Of a stretch of 64,000 nt of DNA, positions 50,937 to 64,000 are shown piece after piece. The DNA comes from Kondoa subrosea (Eukaryota): the NCBI GenBank assembly GCA_039545335.1, contig BCIN01000002.1:1625118-1689117 (forward strand), in the 5' to 3' direction. Made by a program: the position numbers and the translations under genes. Each line of letters opens with the position of its first letter. Within the stretch, counting starts at the first letter, position 1. The notes under the pieces are model-generated. The model was given only the letters and a program-made list of their open reading frames with translations, was not told the origin of the DNA and ran no database searches.

Positions 50937-53900
50937 ATGGATCCACTTACACGTCCGACTAGTGTTGAAGACTCTGGCACTTCAGCGAATGTCAAGCCTG
51001 TTTATGATGCGAAGAAACGACCTAAGAGATCCATTTTGAAGCGTCCTCCGCCTCCTACGAATGCTCAAAAGATCAATCAGACAATTCAATCTGGTCTCAA
51101 CACGCTCAAAAGGGACTTGTTTGGTGGAATCTATGGAGCGACAACGCCTGAAGTCACTTCGACGGCCATTGCGAATGGATCTTATGCTAGAACTGTGACG
51201 CAAACAAACACGACTAACAACGCAGCTGTGCCGTTCTGGAAGAATGCTTTGCGTCAATATGTTGCGATACCTCAGCATTTCGAACCTGCTTCATCTATAG
51301 CTAGCACTTCAAGTCTAGCTACGACCAATGCTTCTGCCAACGGGAACTCATCCTCTGTCTCTTCTTCTTCGTCTGCACTCAATGTGGATAGCATGAAGGC
51401 TGTTCGCTTTACCATGTCATCCTTAACGGTTGTTTATCCTCTTACCGCCGACGCCTCTCCAGCGGATGAATCCCTCACTCGAGAGCGCGTTAACGAAGAA
51501 CATCGTAAAGCTCTCTCAGATCGGATAGAAGCGAAAGCGTGGACCGGTCAGGCTTTGTTCGACCTCTATGCAAGATGTTGCCTCAGCAGAGAAGAAGCTC
51601 CCAAACAACGATTTGTGGATTTGTTGCTGCAAGATCCACAAGCTGCACCGGAATCAATGGATCTTAGCAACTTGTCGTTGTCACTCAAAGCTGCAGAAGC
51701 TTTCTCTGACATTCTGGCAATCGACTTTGGATTGAAGAGATTAACTCTCGATAACTGCAATTTGGATGATGAGGTGCATAGTCTACTCTCGTGGTTACGT
51801 CAACCCTTGGATTCTGACTGTCTCGACCGGTGCTTAGAGTCTGAAAACTATTTTGCACTCGCTTTTGGTTTCTGGCAGCCTGCCGACACTGAACCTGGCC
51901 AACAATAAGCGGATCAAAGCGAAGGGCTGGCGATATCTAGCTATCTTCATACGCAAAGTCAGTCGACGAGTTCTGCACAATTTAGCACTGGCTAATGTCG
52001 ATGAAAGGCCCGTGCTTTGCGATATATTGACATTTCTGACAACTCAATCGATCGGAGAACAGCGGAATTGCTCGTTAATGCAATTACCTCAGCTTCGGAT
52101 CAACATTACCTGAGCATGAATGGCACTTCATCACCCAAACGCAGCCAATCTTTACCACAGCCGTCTTCTGAAAAAGACGCTACCCCTGAACCAGAAGACA
52201 CCTCTACTTTCACCTCCTCCTTTTCTTTTCCGCTCATGCCGTGTGCGCCCTTACTGCGAGAGATAGACGACACAGGTCAATCCCACTTGGCAACCATTCG
52301 TTTCGACAATTGCAACCTTCGGACTCAGGCACTCGACTTATTAGCGCATGGAATCCGTCATTCCCCGATCAAGCATATCTCCTTACGACGTAACAAGATT
52401 ACGCATCTTGGAGCAGTGGCTTTAGCAATTATAATGCGTGATTACGCTGTGCCGACTGATACTTCTGCTTCCTCTTCGGGATCCATCGTCTCTCCTCCGA
52501 TGTCCAAATCCAACAGGGCAGATAATCTTTCACCCACTTCTGCTATCTCGAACGAAACGAGTTTGCTACCAATGATGCGAAGCAAGATCTTACCTCTTTT
52601 ACCACTCAAACAAGAACCTCAGGTGATTGAAAATGGTCATACCGAATCGCCGACGCCAAATGCTGGTTTCGGAATCGCATCCAGGGAAGAATTGCGTACC
52701 AAATTGAGCAAAGAAATTGGTGAACAACCTAGGATCGGTCATTTGGTAACATTGGATGTCAAGGCCAACGACATTCGCGTGAGTTGTGCCGTCTTGCAGG
52801 CTGAAGTTTAGAAGCTCACAATTGTTGCAGACTGGTGTTACTTATTTGGCACAAGTGCTCAAGAGGAATAGAACGCTCAAAGTGCTGAACCTTAGCGAAA
52901 ACAAAATCGATGTAGCTGGACTCTGCGCGATAGCTGAAGCTTTGGTATTATCTTTGGCATCGAACTGTGGCTTATATGCTAATTCTGCTTCCATCTGCAG
53001 AAATTCAACAGCACATTGGAAACTCTCGATATGAGTCTGAACCCTTGTTGTGGACCAAGACTTGATGGTGTACGCATGGTTATGAGTTCTTGTTATAGTG
53101 CTAACAATTTCAGCAGGTTATTGCTCTTCGTGCCGCCTTCACCTCCAATACGGCTCTCATGCGTGTCTTCCTCAATGCAACAGACCTGAACTCCGAAGGC
53201 GCTATATGTTTGGCTGAATATCTTCCGGAACTCAAAACCGTTATTCACCTCGACCTGACCGAGAACTTCGAAGTGAGTGATAGCTCGAGGTTAGGCCGAC
53301 GAATCGTTGATTGAAGTATGTTAGATCGATATCGCCGGTGTGATGGCTTTATCAGTAGCCGTTAGAATGAACAAGACTCTTCGATGTCTTGATCTCAACA
53401 TCCCAGCCAATGACCCAGATTTCTCTCGCCTGAGTCAAGATATCCTTCAATCATGCATCCGCAATACCGAGGTCGCGCAAGAAGAACTAGTAGCTAAAGG
53501 TTCAACGCAATCCATTGCCACACCAATGCTCAAATCCACTGTCGCGCGCAACTTAGAAGACAGGCAACAGAAGATAGCTGCCATGCGAGAACGTCGCAAT
53601 GGACACATTGGCGAAATTGTAGCAGCTGCGACAGAATGCAAAGATTTGCTAGGCGAAGTGTACAATTCTGTTGAAGGAGATTCGGCTAAAGCTCAAGACG
53701 AATTATACAAAGATGTCCTCAATCAAGCGAGAGCAGCACAGATGCAGCTTGCTGAAGCTGTGAAACTCGCTGCAGAGTCTGATACAAGAAGTGAGTACAT
53801 ACGTTCTCCCTCGTGCTCATCTTTGCTCAATAGATCTCGTTCTAGCGGACGCCGAATTGCTAAATCAAGAGCTTCTGACAATGTGCAATACTGCGACCGC

Positions 53901-54404
53901 CTTGCTTGAGGGGAAGCCTTTGCCTTCCGATTTCCTGCAACCTTCTCCCCTATCACCTACAGTAGTACCTCCACATTCCCCATCGTTTTCGATTACCGAC
54001 TCAGACGATGAAGACTCGGATGGGGAACAACAGTCACATACTAAGCTCTCGTTGGACCTTCCGGTTGACGACACACCGCCTCGACCATCTCTTTCTATTT
54101 CACCTGTTCATAGTCCTTCTGATTCGATCAGGTCACCTGTGGAGAGCGCAAGCAAGTTTATGACTTTGGAAGAAGGCGAAGTATTCAGGAAGAAGACCAT
54201 TCTCGATGCCGAAAACGACGAAGACAGTGAAGATGATCAGGTTTCCGGCGAGGTTCTACGACAAGAGGTTAGATTTCGTTCTCTCGAAAGCTATTGTGTA
54301 CTTACTGTGTCGAACAGATCTTAACTGCTGATGTCCCGCAGCGCACAATTCAGCTTTCACCTCAAACACAACATCAAGCGCATCTAGAGGATTTTAAAGA
54401 ATAA
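50937..54404 (+). CDS. RNI-like LRR protein, probable PP1 regulatory subunit (Mhp1/Gip3-like)
   Basis: LY..CC..REE.P motif, LRRs (LKRLTLDNCNL, LKVLNLSENKI, LRCLDLN), SILK and KAVRF PP1-docking motifs. Confidence 0.8.
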
Positions 54405-54618
54405 AAGGCATAGAGATCAATATTGTAGTACAGGCTTTGTTGTATAGTATGCGTCGCTTGTTGTTACCACTTTCACTAAGATATCGGCTTTTTTTAATGC
54501 ATGTATGGAAAATGACCTTAAATGAATTACAATGAACGCAACGCAACGTACAAGAAAGAGCGTCCTCTACTTCCAATGTGCAACTGAACTATCTCACCTG
54601 ACAAGCACAGTTTCTCTA

Positions 54619-57381
54619 CTAATTAACAAAAGTGGATGGGAACTTTGCTATGATCCCATGTAATTGACCGGTCCACTAAATAAACACTCAGTATTTCATC
54701 TTGCACAATGTGAAAACGAAGAAGGACGAACCCAACCATCGGCGCCTTGTTCAATGACCGCTATTTCATCGCCCGCATGGAAAGTCAATTCATCGGGTCT
54801 GCAAGCTGTGTACGGATGGGCAGCTCGAACTACTCACAAGCAAAATCAGCATATAATGTAATGGCAGATCAAGCGAGACATCTCACCATAGAACATAATT
54901 TGTTGCGAGAGACGATGCGATTGCATCAAGCTAGGTTGACTAGGCGATGAGTACATGCTTTGTGGATGTGTAGGCGATTGAATTGGGCTGGCGTAGGAGA
55001 AAGATTGATGAGGCGATTGCCAGTTCTGAGGACTTGTCGGCTGTTGAGCATAACCAGTATGCGCAAGAGGAGGAGAAAGAGGTGTGTTGCCTCGAGAAAT
55101 TGGAGTATGTTGTCTGCTGATCGGTGTACCTTGTCGATACTGGTCAAAGTTCTGTACGCTTTGGCTACGTTGACGGTTGAAAGAAGGTCGAGAGGCATTG
55201 TTGACGCTTGGCGGTTCGAGAGCTTCTTGTCTCGTGAAGGTAGCTAGTGACGGCACGGAGGGTGAAAGTTGCAAAGAACCGTGTCTACCATGTCCGTGTA
55301 CAGGAGAAGGTGATCGAGTAGGCATTCTCGAGTTGTCAGGAAGGTTCAAATGATGAGCTTGAGGGTGAAGTGATTGTTGTCTGCTGTCTTGATATTGGTA
55401 AGGTTCAACAACGAAAGGTGAGGGAGCTCTTCCAAACATTGCATTAGGATTGGGAGAGACAGCTCGAGTAGGATTGGGCGAAACTGCTCTGGCTTGACCA
55501 AGAGGTGGAGACATGACTGGATCGAAAAGCGTATCTTTGGCTGGAGCAGTGTAAGCCAGCACAGCTGGCGAAGCTGTCCTCTTCTCAGCCCAAGACTTTG
55601 GCTCGTGCGAAGAAGGAGCTGAAGAAGGGAATCCACGATCGCCTGAAGCTGTTCTTCTAGGGAAAGAATTGGCATGATGACCCTCTGCCAAGCCTGCCGG
55701 TCTTCGAAGTTGAGCAGGTGAGATGGTTGGATCTGAACCTTGTCTTCTACTTGGTGGAGGCGTAGGCAAACCTCCTCGTCTTGGTTTCACATTAAGATTG
55801 TCCAGTGCTCGTAAAACGCCTTGTTCCGCCTCTTCCTTCTCGGGTGATTTCGATCTAGCTCGTCTTGATATCGGCGAGTCTTCAGTATTGCCTATGTCCG
55901 ATCCAGGGGAAACATCGACTGGGAAGAGGTGGTTACCAATACTGAGCATAGTGCCAGCTTCCGTCAAAGGCGATACATTTGACTTAGATGATGCAGGTGA
56001 TCCTTGAGCTTCTGATTTGAGCCGAGTTACTCTATTGAAAGGCGGCGTAGACGTCCCAATTTCTGGTCTGGAACTTTTGACTGGTTCGAAGTCGTCTTTC
56101 GTAGGCGATGCAGCAGGGCTTGGTTGCTCAGAATCAGGTGTAGCAGCTCGATCGAGAGAATTATACGAGTCAGAGGGCCGCAAAGTCTGAGTTCCAGGAT
56201 AACGGAAACTTGAGCGGGAGAAGCAAGCTTTTCTAGTTTTAGGTGCAGAGGGTTCTTCTTCACCTTCTCCAAAGTTGATAAAATCAGGAGCAACTATTAT
56301 AACCATCAGCAGCAGCACTCATTCAGCGCTATTCTTTGTTAACCTTGCATTAGTCCTCCTGCGCTCTTCTGCTGCACGAAGGAAGCCACGGCATCGGATG
56401 TGTCCCAAGCATCTAAAGCTAGCTTGAGCTTCTTCATCGGCTGCAGCAAAGGAATCAGCCACCTGTCATAATGTCAAAGAGATAGTTTCCTCACCTGCTG
56501 ATCTGTCTCGCTTGCATCCCCATATAGATGACCGTACTGCAGCAAAGTCTCCCTAATGACATGTACACGATCTTCCTCTAGATCCTCAGCCAGATCACAA
56601 AAGCTTTTCCACTCGAATTCGAAGTTGCGACATGTTTCCTTGAACTGCTTGATGCCAGATTTATAATCTACTTCAGTCTTCTTGATCGACTTCTTTGCTT
56701 TCTCTAGATCAGATTTGACCTGCATGAAACCGTTAGACGAAGCCGCTGTTCTAATTTGGCAGATTTACCTTGTTCAGATCTTTTCGCTTGAGCAAGTTCA
56801 ATTGAGTGTTGTAAGAGCGAATAGCAAGCGCATCAGCTTTGTAGCGTTCTTTCCGGTCAGTAAGCTCTTGCTCAGTCTTTATCTTCGCCTTATGCAAAGT
56901 TGTTACAGCTGCTTGATGCTGAGAGTTACATTAATTCAACAAAGACACCCAATGGATTTTTTAATCCCAACTCACTTTGCGTTTCCTAGTCTCTCGAGCA
57001 GCTTCATGATCCTTCATCTTGGCTTCCAACTGTACAGCAATATCATTCGATAGCTTCTCATGCGTTTCTCCTCTTGCAGCTAATGAAGCCTTGAATTCGC
57101 TTAAGGAGGACGCCAGACCAGGTTCATCTTTACCAATAGAAATGCTAGAGATCTTCTTGAGCTGTTTAGCGTAATCTTTCTCCAGAGCAGCCCTGGAAGC
57201 ATGGCAGGGAAAAATCAAAACAATGTATGACAAGAGATAAGGGAACAGCAAACAGCTCTTTGAAGACAGTACGTAGATCGTTTAACGTAGCAGAAGAGGC
57301 TACAACATGCGATAATAGAGTTTCTTCGCCTGCTTTCGACCAAAAAGCATTCACGAATGGCACATAATTCGATGGTTCCAT
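54619..57381 (-). CDS. F-BAR/SH3 cytokinesis protein (Cdc15/Hof1/Imp2 family)
   Basis: FVNAFWS start, AALEKDYAKQL, FCDLAEDLEEDR, S/P-rich linker and C-terminal SH3 (ELTF.AGD.I.V...DGWWTG...FPSTFV). Confidence 0.85.
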
Positions 57382-57543
57382 GACTGCGATGCTCGTTGTC
57401 GCAGCAAGCAGTAGTGGACGCTGGTATATTCACTGCTTTGGTGTTGTAAGCTGGATGTATCAGGTCAAGAAGGCGAGCTCCAATTGCCCGCGACATAGAT
57501 GTTCTTGTGAGACCTAGTCTTGATCAGCGACCTCTGCAAGTCG

Positions 57544-59919
57544 ATGTCGAGTCTGAGGTCTCGAAGCCCTCTGAGCAGCTCAGGCTTCGCTCCACCTGAC
57601 AGTCTCGGGCTACCCTATCAGCCTTCATCGCGTGTCCATTCATTCTCTCCCAACCGGCGCAAGTATTTCTACTTTCTTGCTGTCTTTCTCTTTGGGACAT
57701 ACTTGTACTCAGCTGGTCATGCTCAAATCCCGCAAAGTCTCGCTGTGGTCCGACCCGCGCGTCTGAAAGCGAAGACATTTGAAGAGCAAGACGGATTGCT
57801 GTATTCTGCTTTAGAGACAGACGAGCATCCTATTGCTCATTTGATACGTAAAGGTCAAAGAGAGTGGAAGGAGAAATTAGCTAGACAAAGCAAGACTTTG
57901 GAAGCTGCTGTTCTTGAGTATCAAAGGAGATATAAGCGTAATCCACCAAAGGGCTTTGATGAATGGTTAGTCCTCTTGCTGATAACTGCGCATGATATCT
58001 GATGTGTATCTCAGGTAGTCTCCATCGCCGGACACAGTTCGAATACTGATCGAAATGTATATCAGGTATCGATTTGCAGTACAAAATGGGGTCAAGTTGA
58101 TAGACGAATACGATCAAATCGATCGCGATATCACTCCCTTTCTTGGATTCCCGCCTTCAGTACTGAATAAACGACTTACAACCTTGATAGAAGATGAAAC
58201 TAATTATTGGCACGGCGGAAGCTACACTTTACAGATCAAGAATGGCAAATCACTTGATACAATTGGACCAATGAGTCATAGTGGAAGATCTCAAGAACAG
58301 ATGAGCTTGATGGAACGTTTCGTTCGACACTTGCCAGACTTGAATATCACTACTTGGGCTCATGACACGCCGATCTTGCATACTTCTGGTGATCTGAAGT
58401 GCGTTGTTTTCTTCTCTTTCAGCTTTTCCCCCTGACATTCGCTGCAGGCAAAAATTGACGACAGCAGCAAGGCAGGGCAAATGTTCGTCTTTTTTCCGTC
58501 CGGTATTGATTCTTGGTCATTGACCCGAGCGCAGTTATCGATCCGGCCTATCATGAAGATGTGCACGATTCGGCTGACAATGTAGGCTGGGAAGCTTTCT
58601 GCTTGCCTTCTTCACCTCTACGAAACTACATGTCCGGAGCTATCAACTCCGTTTCTACTCTACCTCGCTCTTTCGTCTCATCTCATGTCGACGCGATAGA
58701 CATCTGCTTACACCCTGATTATCTGCAATTACATTCCTTGACGGGAAATTATGGAATAGGTCCAACCCCAGTTCCTTTTTGGCCCTTGTTCAGTCATAGC
58801 AAAATGGCCTTGTACTCAGATCTCTTGATCACGCCTTTGGAACAGTATGAACATGAAGTAGGTAAAGATCCAGATTGGGAAAACAAGACAAGGGAGAAAG
58901 TACTTTGGAGAGGAAGCACAACTGGAAGTAGATATGATCGCAGAACTTTGTGGAAATTGTCACAGGTACGAGCTCTGAGTTCCAACTACTTTGTCAGATA
59001 TTGATGCGATACTAGAGAGGAAGACTTAATACTGGCCAGTTGCGAAGCCCTCTGACCGGAATTGAAACTCATATGTGGTTTTAGTCGCGAATTCGAAGTC
59101 CGGATCAGCGCAAATCATGCTCTCTACGCCTACAGATGGATCGCAAGTAGTTAATCGGCCACTCGCGGACTTGAATGCTCATTACTTCGATATTGCTTTC
59201 GCCGGTGAACCGGTAAGATAGCTCTGTCGCCATGTAATTCGCGCTGATGGCAGAGTGTGTGATAGATTCAATGCGCAAACGATGGAACCTGCGATGCCGT
59301 GAAGAGACAGTATCGCTTCGCCGATAAAAAGATGCATCAGGAAGAAGCAAATAGTTACAAATACGTTCTGGACGTCGACGGGTGAGCACTCTCACGCTAC
59401 ATGAATCTAGCTGAGACTCGTGTCAGCAACGGATGGAGCGGAAGATTCCATCGCTTGCTGGCAAGCAAATCAGCTGTGCTCAAATCGACCGGTTTCGTTG
59501 AATGGTACCAAGATCATCTTCAGCCGTTTGTGCAGTGAGTCCGATAATGTGTCTCTCTGGAAATGTAAGTGACCATTGAACAGCTACATTCCCATCAAGC
59601 TGGATTATTCAGATCTGTAAGTCTGTGTACCGCAAAGTCACAAGGCTGAAGTACCTGCAGACACGATGTGATGGCTTTCTTTCTCGGCGATGTCAACGGT
59701 GAAAACTCCCATGACCATTTAGGCAAGGAAATCGGGCTCGCAGGAAAGAAATGGACTGAAGAACATGTAAGTCTGGCGGAATGCCTCTTCTGCTAGCCTG
59801 AAGGTCATGTCTAGTGGCGATTCGAAGATATGGAAGTGTACATATATAGATTATATCTGGAGTATGCCAGAGCGATACATCGAGATGAAAATGGGCAGGG
59901 AATGGATTATCTGGGCTGA
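57544..59919 (+). CDS. Glycosyltransferase family 90 (CAP10/Cxt1-like beta-1,2-xylosyltransferase)
   Basis: HPI..LI..G..EW...L.RQSKTL.AAV.EY.RRY.R.PPKGFD.W, WRGSTTG, YKYVLDVDGNGWSGRF, YIPIKLDYSDL and YRLYLEYAR. Confidence 0.9.
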
Positions 59920-60116
59920 AATCAGCGTCCCTCTGTATTTGTGTCAGTATAGGGTTGTAGACTATAAGCTGAAAGGAACGCATGTAAATCATTAGATGAT
60001 GCGAATTGGAAAACGAATGCATTAAATGCTAATCAACCGAATGCAGAACCCTTTTGCGTTATTGAACAATTTACCATAAGATCTCCCTCGCTCATATTAG
60101 CCCATCTCCCAATATC

Positions 60117-63100
60117 TCAAAACCCATAAAGCTTGACCAAACCGTCCGCACCACAACTGACAACAATCGGAAGCGAAGGATGGTATTTGACGGAGAGGAT
60201 GCCTTCGCTCGCCATTGTTCGATGGGATGAGAGCTCTTGCACGCAAGTCCTACTCGAAAGAAGATCCCAGAACCGAAGACTACAATCATGTCCACCTGAA
60301 ACGACGTTGAGGCCCGCTGGATCTATGTCTAGCGAGATGACAGCGTCAAGATGAGCAAGCATTGAGTGAGTACATTCTCCTGGAAACAAGCTGTCAGCAC
60401 CGCTTGACTACCAAACATGAGATCTTACCTGTATTCAGGTCAAAGACTCGTATATACTTGTCTTCATGTGCAGTCACTAGCAGCGGTAGAGTCGGATGCG
60501 AGACTGCTTGATTAATTTGAGTTGCGCTTGTGCCGTCTAATATGCGATTGTGTTAGAAGGTAAGTGGTTCAGCCGATTCTGACTAACCATAAGTCTCATC
60601 GCTCTTGAACTTCAGAACCTCTTTGCCCGTTTCCATATCAAACAGCTTGACAACGGAATTATCATAGGTGACGATGATCTTGCGCATATCAGTGCAACAA
60701 GCGCTGACACTGGTTGGTATAGGTAGGGTATGACCTTCATCTTCCGCGCCGGTTCCGTTGTACTTCCAGCTCAATCTCAAAGGAGACTCTAACCGATCCG
60801 TGTTCCATATCTTGACCGTTCCATCAGCAGAAGCGGTCGCCAACAGGTTTTCATCTTGCACGCGAAGTGGAATAACAGCGATATCCCAAATCGCATCTGT
60901 ATGACCTTCTAAAGTAGCAAGCTTGAGTTCAGGGTCAAATGGAGCATAAGTTTCTCTTTCTCTTGGCGGAAGAGCCCAAACATGAACTGTTTGATCCAGT
61001 GATGCGCTGTAAAGACGATTTTGGAAAGAAGAAAACGCGACTGCTGTTACTGGCCCAGAGTGACCTCGATAAGTCATTTGAGGTTCTAATTCAGGCATGG
61101 TCGTGTTTCTGTTTGCGAATTATTCAGCTAAGCAAAAGCCGAGCGGACAATATGCTCCGAGACTCACTTGCCAGGAGTTAGCATATGAGGTGCCAATCTC
61201 CATAACTTGACAGTACAATCGTCTCCGCCGCTCGCAAGCGTTACGTCCCCCGTTTTGGCGAAAGCAACACTTCGAACTGCATCCAAGTGACTGCGCAGGA
61301 CCTTCTTGGGTTTCCAAGTTGCATGCTCATGGCTGTCAGCTTCTTTCTTGCCACTGCTGCCATTACTAGTAGGTGGTAACTCTAGATTAGCTAACTCTGA
61401 ATCGGAAACTGAACTGGAATCTTCGAGTAGAGTTGGAACAGCTACATCTTCTGTTGAAGCGACATTCGATTCACCAGCTTGTTTTAGTTTGGCTCTCCAA
61501 GCTCCTTTGCTTTCCGGTCGAAAGATGGCCGTCAATCGTTCTGAAGCACTTGAATCTGTTTCCTGTTCTCCTATTGTTCCTTCCTCTTCTTTCGACTGTG
61601 AGATAGAGAAAGGATCTGAACTCTCGGTAGATGATGGAACAAGGAGTGGTTCTAGAGGCTCATCTTGACTCGAGGTAGAAGGATCAGTGCCATAAGGTAT
61701 GCCTTTGGAGTTGAAAGGATTGCTTTCAAACTTTGCTCGACTGTCATTAGTGGATGACGACATTGTAGGTAAGTCTTGTAAAGGAGAACTGGGCGTTCTT
61801 GGTGATTCGTCAGCCGGTAGAGGAGGAAGAATACCATTGGTATGCGGTGTTTGACTTGTGGGAAGGGCAACTGGATCTGCAGGAGCAATCGTGGGAGGAT
61901 TCTCTACTTCAGCGGCCGTCTGTGCGACGGGTGCATCAGTTGGCTGAGCAGGAGGAAGCTGGAAAGGACGGAAAGATGGTGGCGGCAGTTGAACAGTGGG
62001 AGCAGCAGGTGCTTGGGACTGTTCGGCAGACGTGACTGGCATGGTAGAAGTACTAGCTTGCATAGGAGCTGAAGCAGTTGTCCCAGCGGGTAATTGTATG
62101 ATGCTATTGCGTAGTCTTTGCACGCCAGAGGCTGAACGATCTGGAAGAGGATTGAGTGTAGAAGCGGAAGTAAGGTATGATATCTCTTGTAAGCACCTGC
62201 GTACTGCATCAGGAGAGCAACCACAGGAATCACTAGTACACACTGCTTTAGGTAGTCTCTACTTTTCGCTCGACCTTTTGCATCGCGACCTATTGCAGGG
62301 TTCCAGATTGTACTGCCTAGTACACTTCCACCAGCATTAGATCCTGTTGTACCAAATTGGCCAACATCCTTGATATCCTTGATGGATATCGGAATTCCAT
62401 TTAATGTAGTCATGGGAGCATTCATTGACAGAGCCGAAGTTGGACGGGACATGTTGAGGTGGGAAAGTAGAGCTGATAGTGGTAGATTGATGGTAGCTTG
62501 CGTTGCAGAAGCTGGTGTAGCTGCCGAGTTCGCTTGGGTATTTTCTGGATTAGCAGAAGATTCAGAAGTAGTTGGACTGGATGCTTCATTTGCAGTGCCG
62601 TCTTCTGCCTTTTGCGACGTTTTTGAATTTGAGGCTATCGCTTGTTGCTGATTCGCGGCAAGGGCCAGATACTTTGATCTATATTATTTCCAAGTTCAGT
62701 TGAGCTCAAATACACAAACCAGAGCGAGGGCATGACGAACCTTTCTCCTTTCAAGGCAAACTCTAGCATGCGAACTCTTCTTACCAAGTCATTCCTCGTG
62801 TTCTCGTTGCCTCTTCTTTCACCTTCCAGCAAAGCTATTCGAGCCCTCATTTCACCCCTTTCAATCTCCCATTCATTTCGATCTCTCTCATACTTTCTGA
62901 ATTCAGTTTGCAAGAAGTGCAAGACATGGGACAAAGACATAGCAGGAGGTGCGGGCGCTTGAGCGGAACTCGCTGGCACTGGAGGAGGTGGAATCTGGTT
63001 TTGTTGTTGCTGCTGCTGAGGTTGCACATTTGTAGGAGATTGAGGTTGCTGTTGCTGTTGAACAGGCGGAGCTGGCTGGTTCGGCTGCTGAGTTTGGCCA

Positions 63101-63219
63101 TTCACTTGTTCATTATTCGAAGAATTCAGATTGTTAGACGAGCTTTCAGGATGACTCTGCTGAGACATCTGCTGCAATTGCTGCTGCTGCTGTGATTGCT
63201 GCGGTCTCCATGGTAGCAT
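60117..63219 (-). CDS. PRO11: Striatin (STRIPAK scaffold, Pro11/Far8)
   Basis: Striatin domain LSHVLHFLQTEFRKYERDRNEWEIERGEMRARIALLEGERR, SRDYLKQCLQEISYLTS and C-terminal WD40 repeats. Confidence 0.93.
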
Positions 63220-63700
63220 GATTGAAGGACAGGTATCAATGAAAGATTTGAGATTCGCGTTAAATCTTAGAGTGCATGCAAATGATGCCCGCGAATGCTC
63301 TGGATGGTCAAGCTATCCAGCAAGCGATGGGCGGCGGTATAATGAGTCTCGTATCGGTGGTGAGGAGCAACCCAACCTCAAATCAAGTGTTAACCCAGTT
63401 CTTAGTCCAGAGCGAGCACAGGTAACGGTAGATCCACTCAAATGCAGTCGTGAGGCTATCTGCTGACCGTCGCGTTGCCCTTGTAGCTTCAATATACCCT
63501 CTCTGCTTTGAGGTGCATCTGTTTCGTGTTCGCAGCCTTCTTTTGGCTGCTTCTTCTGTCTAATTCCTGGCTTGGTGCTTCCTGCACTTGCTTTGATAAT
63601 ACCTAATCAATTGGTACCGCTGCTTTGAGGCAAATCGCGGTCACACGGCCCTTTGTTCCAGTATTAGCTTCTTACCTTGCTCTTTTCTTACGTGTCTACC

Positions 63701-64000
63701 ATGGACGAGAAACCTCAGCAAGAGCCACAAGAGATCAGACATTGGCTCATCCAGGATTCCAATGATGGTGTCGAGCGCACAACAGCTCATGTTCGCATCA
63801 CCAGCTACACCTTGGATGGTGTCCGACAGCAACTTTCAGACAAGATACGCTTGACCAGACAGAGTATTTCTACTTGTCGTCTGGTATTGAGGGAAATCTT
63901 CAGCAAAGAGCCTTTTCTTGTCTTCGCTCTATTGGCCGAGAAATGTGTCGAGATTGCTTCCAGCGTCTTCTCGCTTCGATGCACGACGCAAATGACAATG
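63701..64000 (+). CDS. 5' end of an unidentified gene running off the window
   Basis: accATGg start followed by 100 open codons (MDEKPQQEPQEIRHW...) to the window edge. Confidence 0.45.
   Translation, partial: MDEKPQQEPQEIRHWLIQDSNDGVERTTAHVRITSYTLDGVRQQLSDKIRLTRQSISTCRLVLREIFSKEPFLVFALLAEKCVEIASSVFSLRCTTQMTM

Noticed and set aside
1..64000. Biosynthetic gene cluster, CRISPR array or prokaryotic defence system
   Set aside because: Eukaryotic intron-rich genes of unrelated housekeeping functions; no PKS/NRPS/terpene core gene and no repeat-spacer array.

Overview
A gene-dense, intron-rich window from a fungal nuclear genome, most likely a basidiomycete (inferred from roughly 45-65 nt spliceosomal introns with CTRAY/CTGAT branch points, many micro-exons and a CAP10/GT90 xylosyltransferase). 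About 29 protein-coding loci were reconstructed by manual splicing; the ORF track fragments them because of introns. Most are housekeeping genes: the MDE1 3' end, mitochondrial S2, BOR1, a PAQR/IZH receptor, PRPP synthetase, IND1, a GNAT, a Pcl/Clg1-type cyclin, an RCC1+PHD protein, NAB2, an SDR, Rieske RIP1, tandem histidine phosphatases, DUF218, UCH37, an amidase, a KH-domain protein, TatD, an LRR PP1 regulator, an F-BAR/SH3 protein, GT90 and striatin. No tRNA, rRNA, transposon or CRISPR feature was recognised. The most unusual signals concern splicing: a well-supported U2-like AT-AC intron in the PAQR gene, a probable GA-AG intron in a histidine phosphatase paralog, and two back-to-back intron pairs with a zero-nucleotide exon (RIP1, GT90) where the proximal acceptor alone gives an immediate stop. 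Other notable items are an orphan protein with three degenerate homeodomain-like repeats, a decayed third copy between two tandem paralogs, and a small island of divergent F-box-like and HEXXH genes. All gene models were built by eye without RNA data, so boundaries may be off by a few bases.
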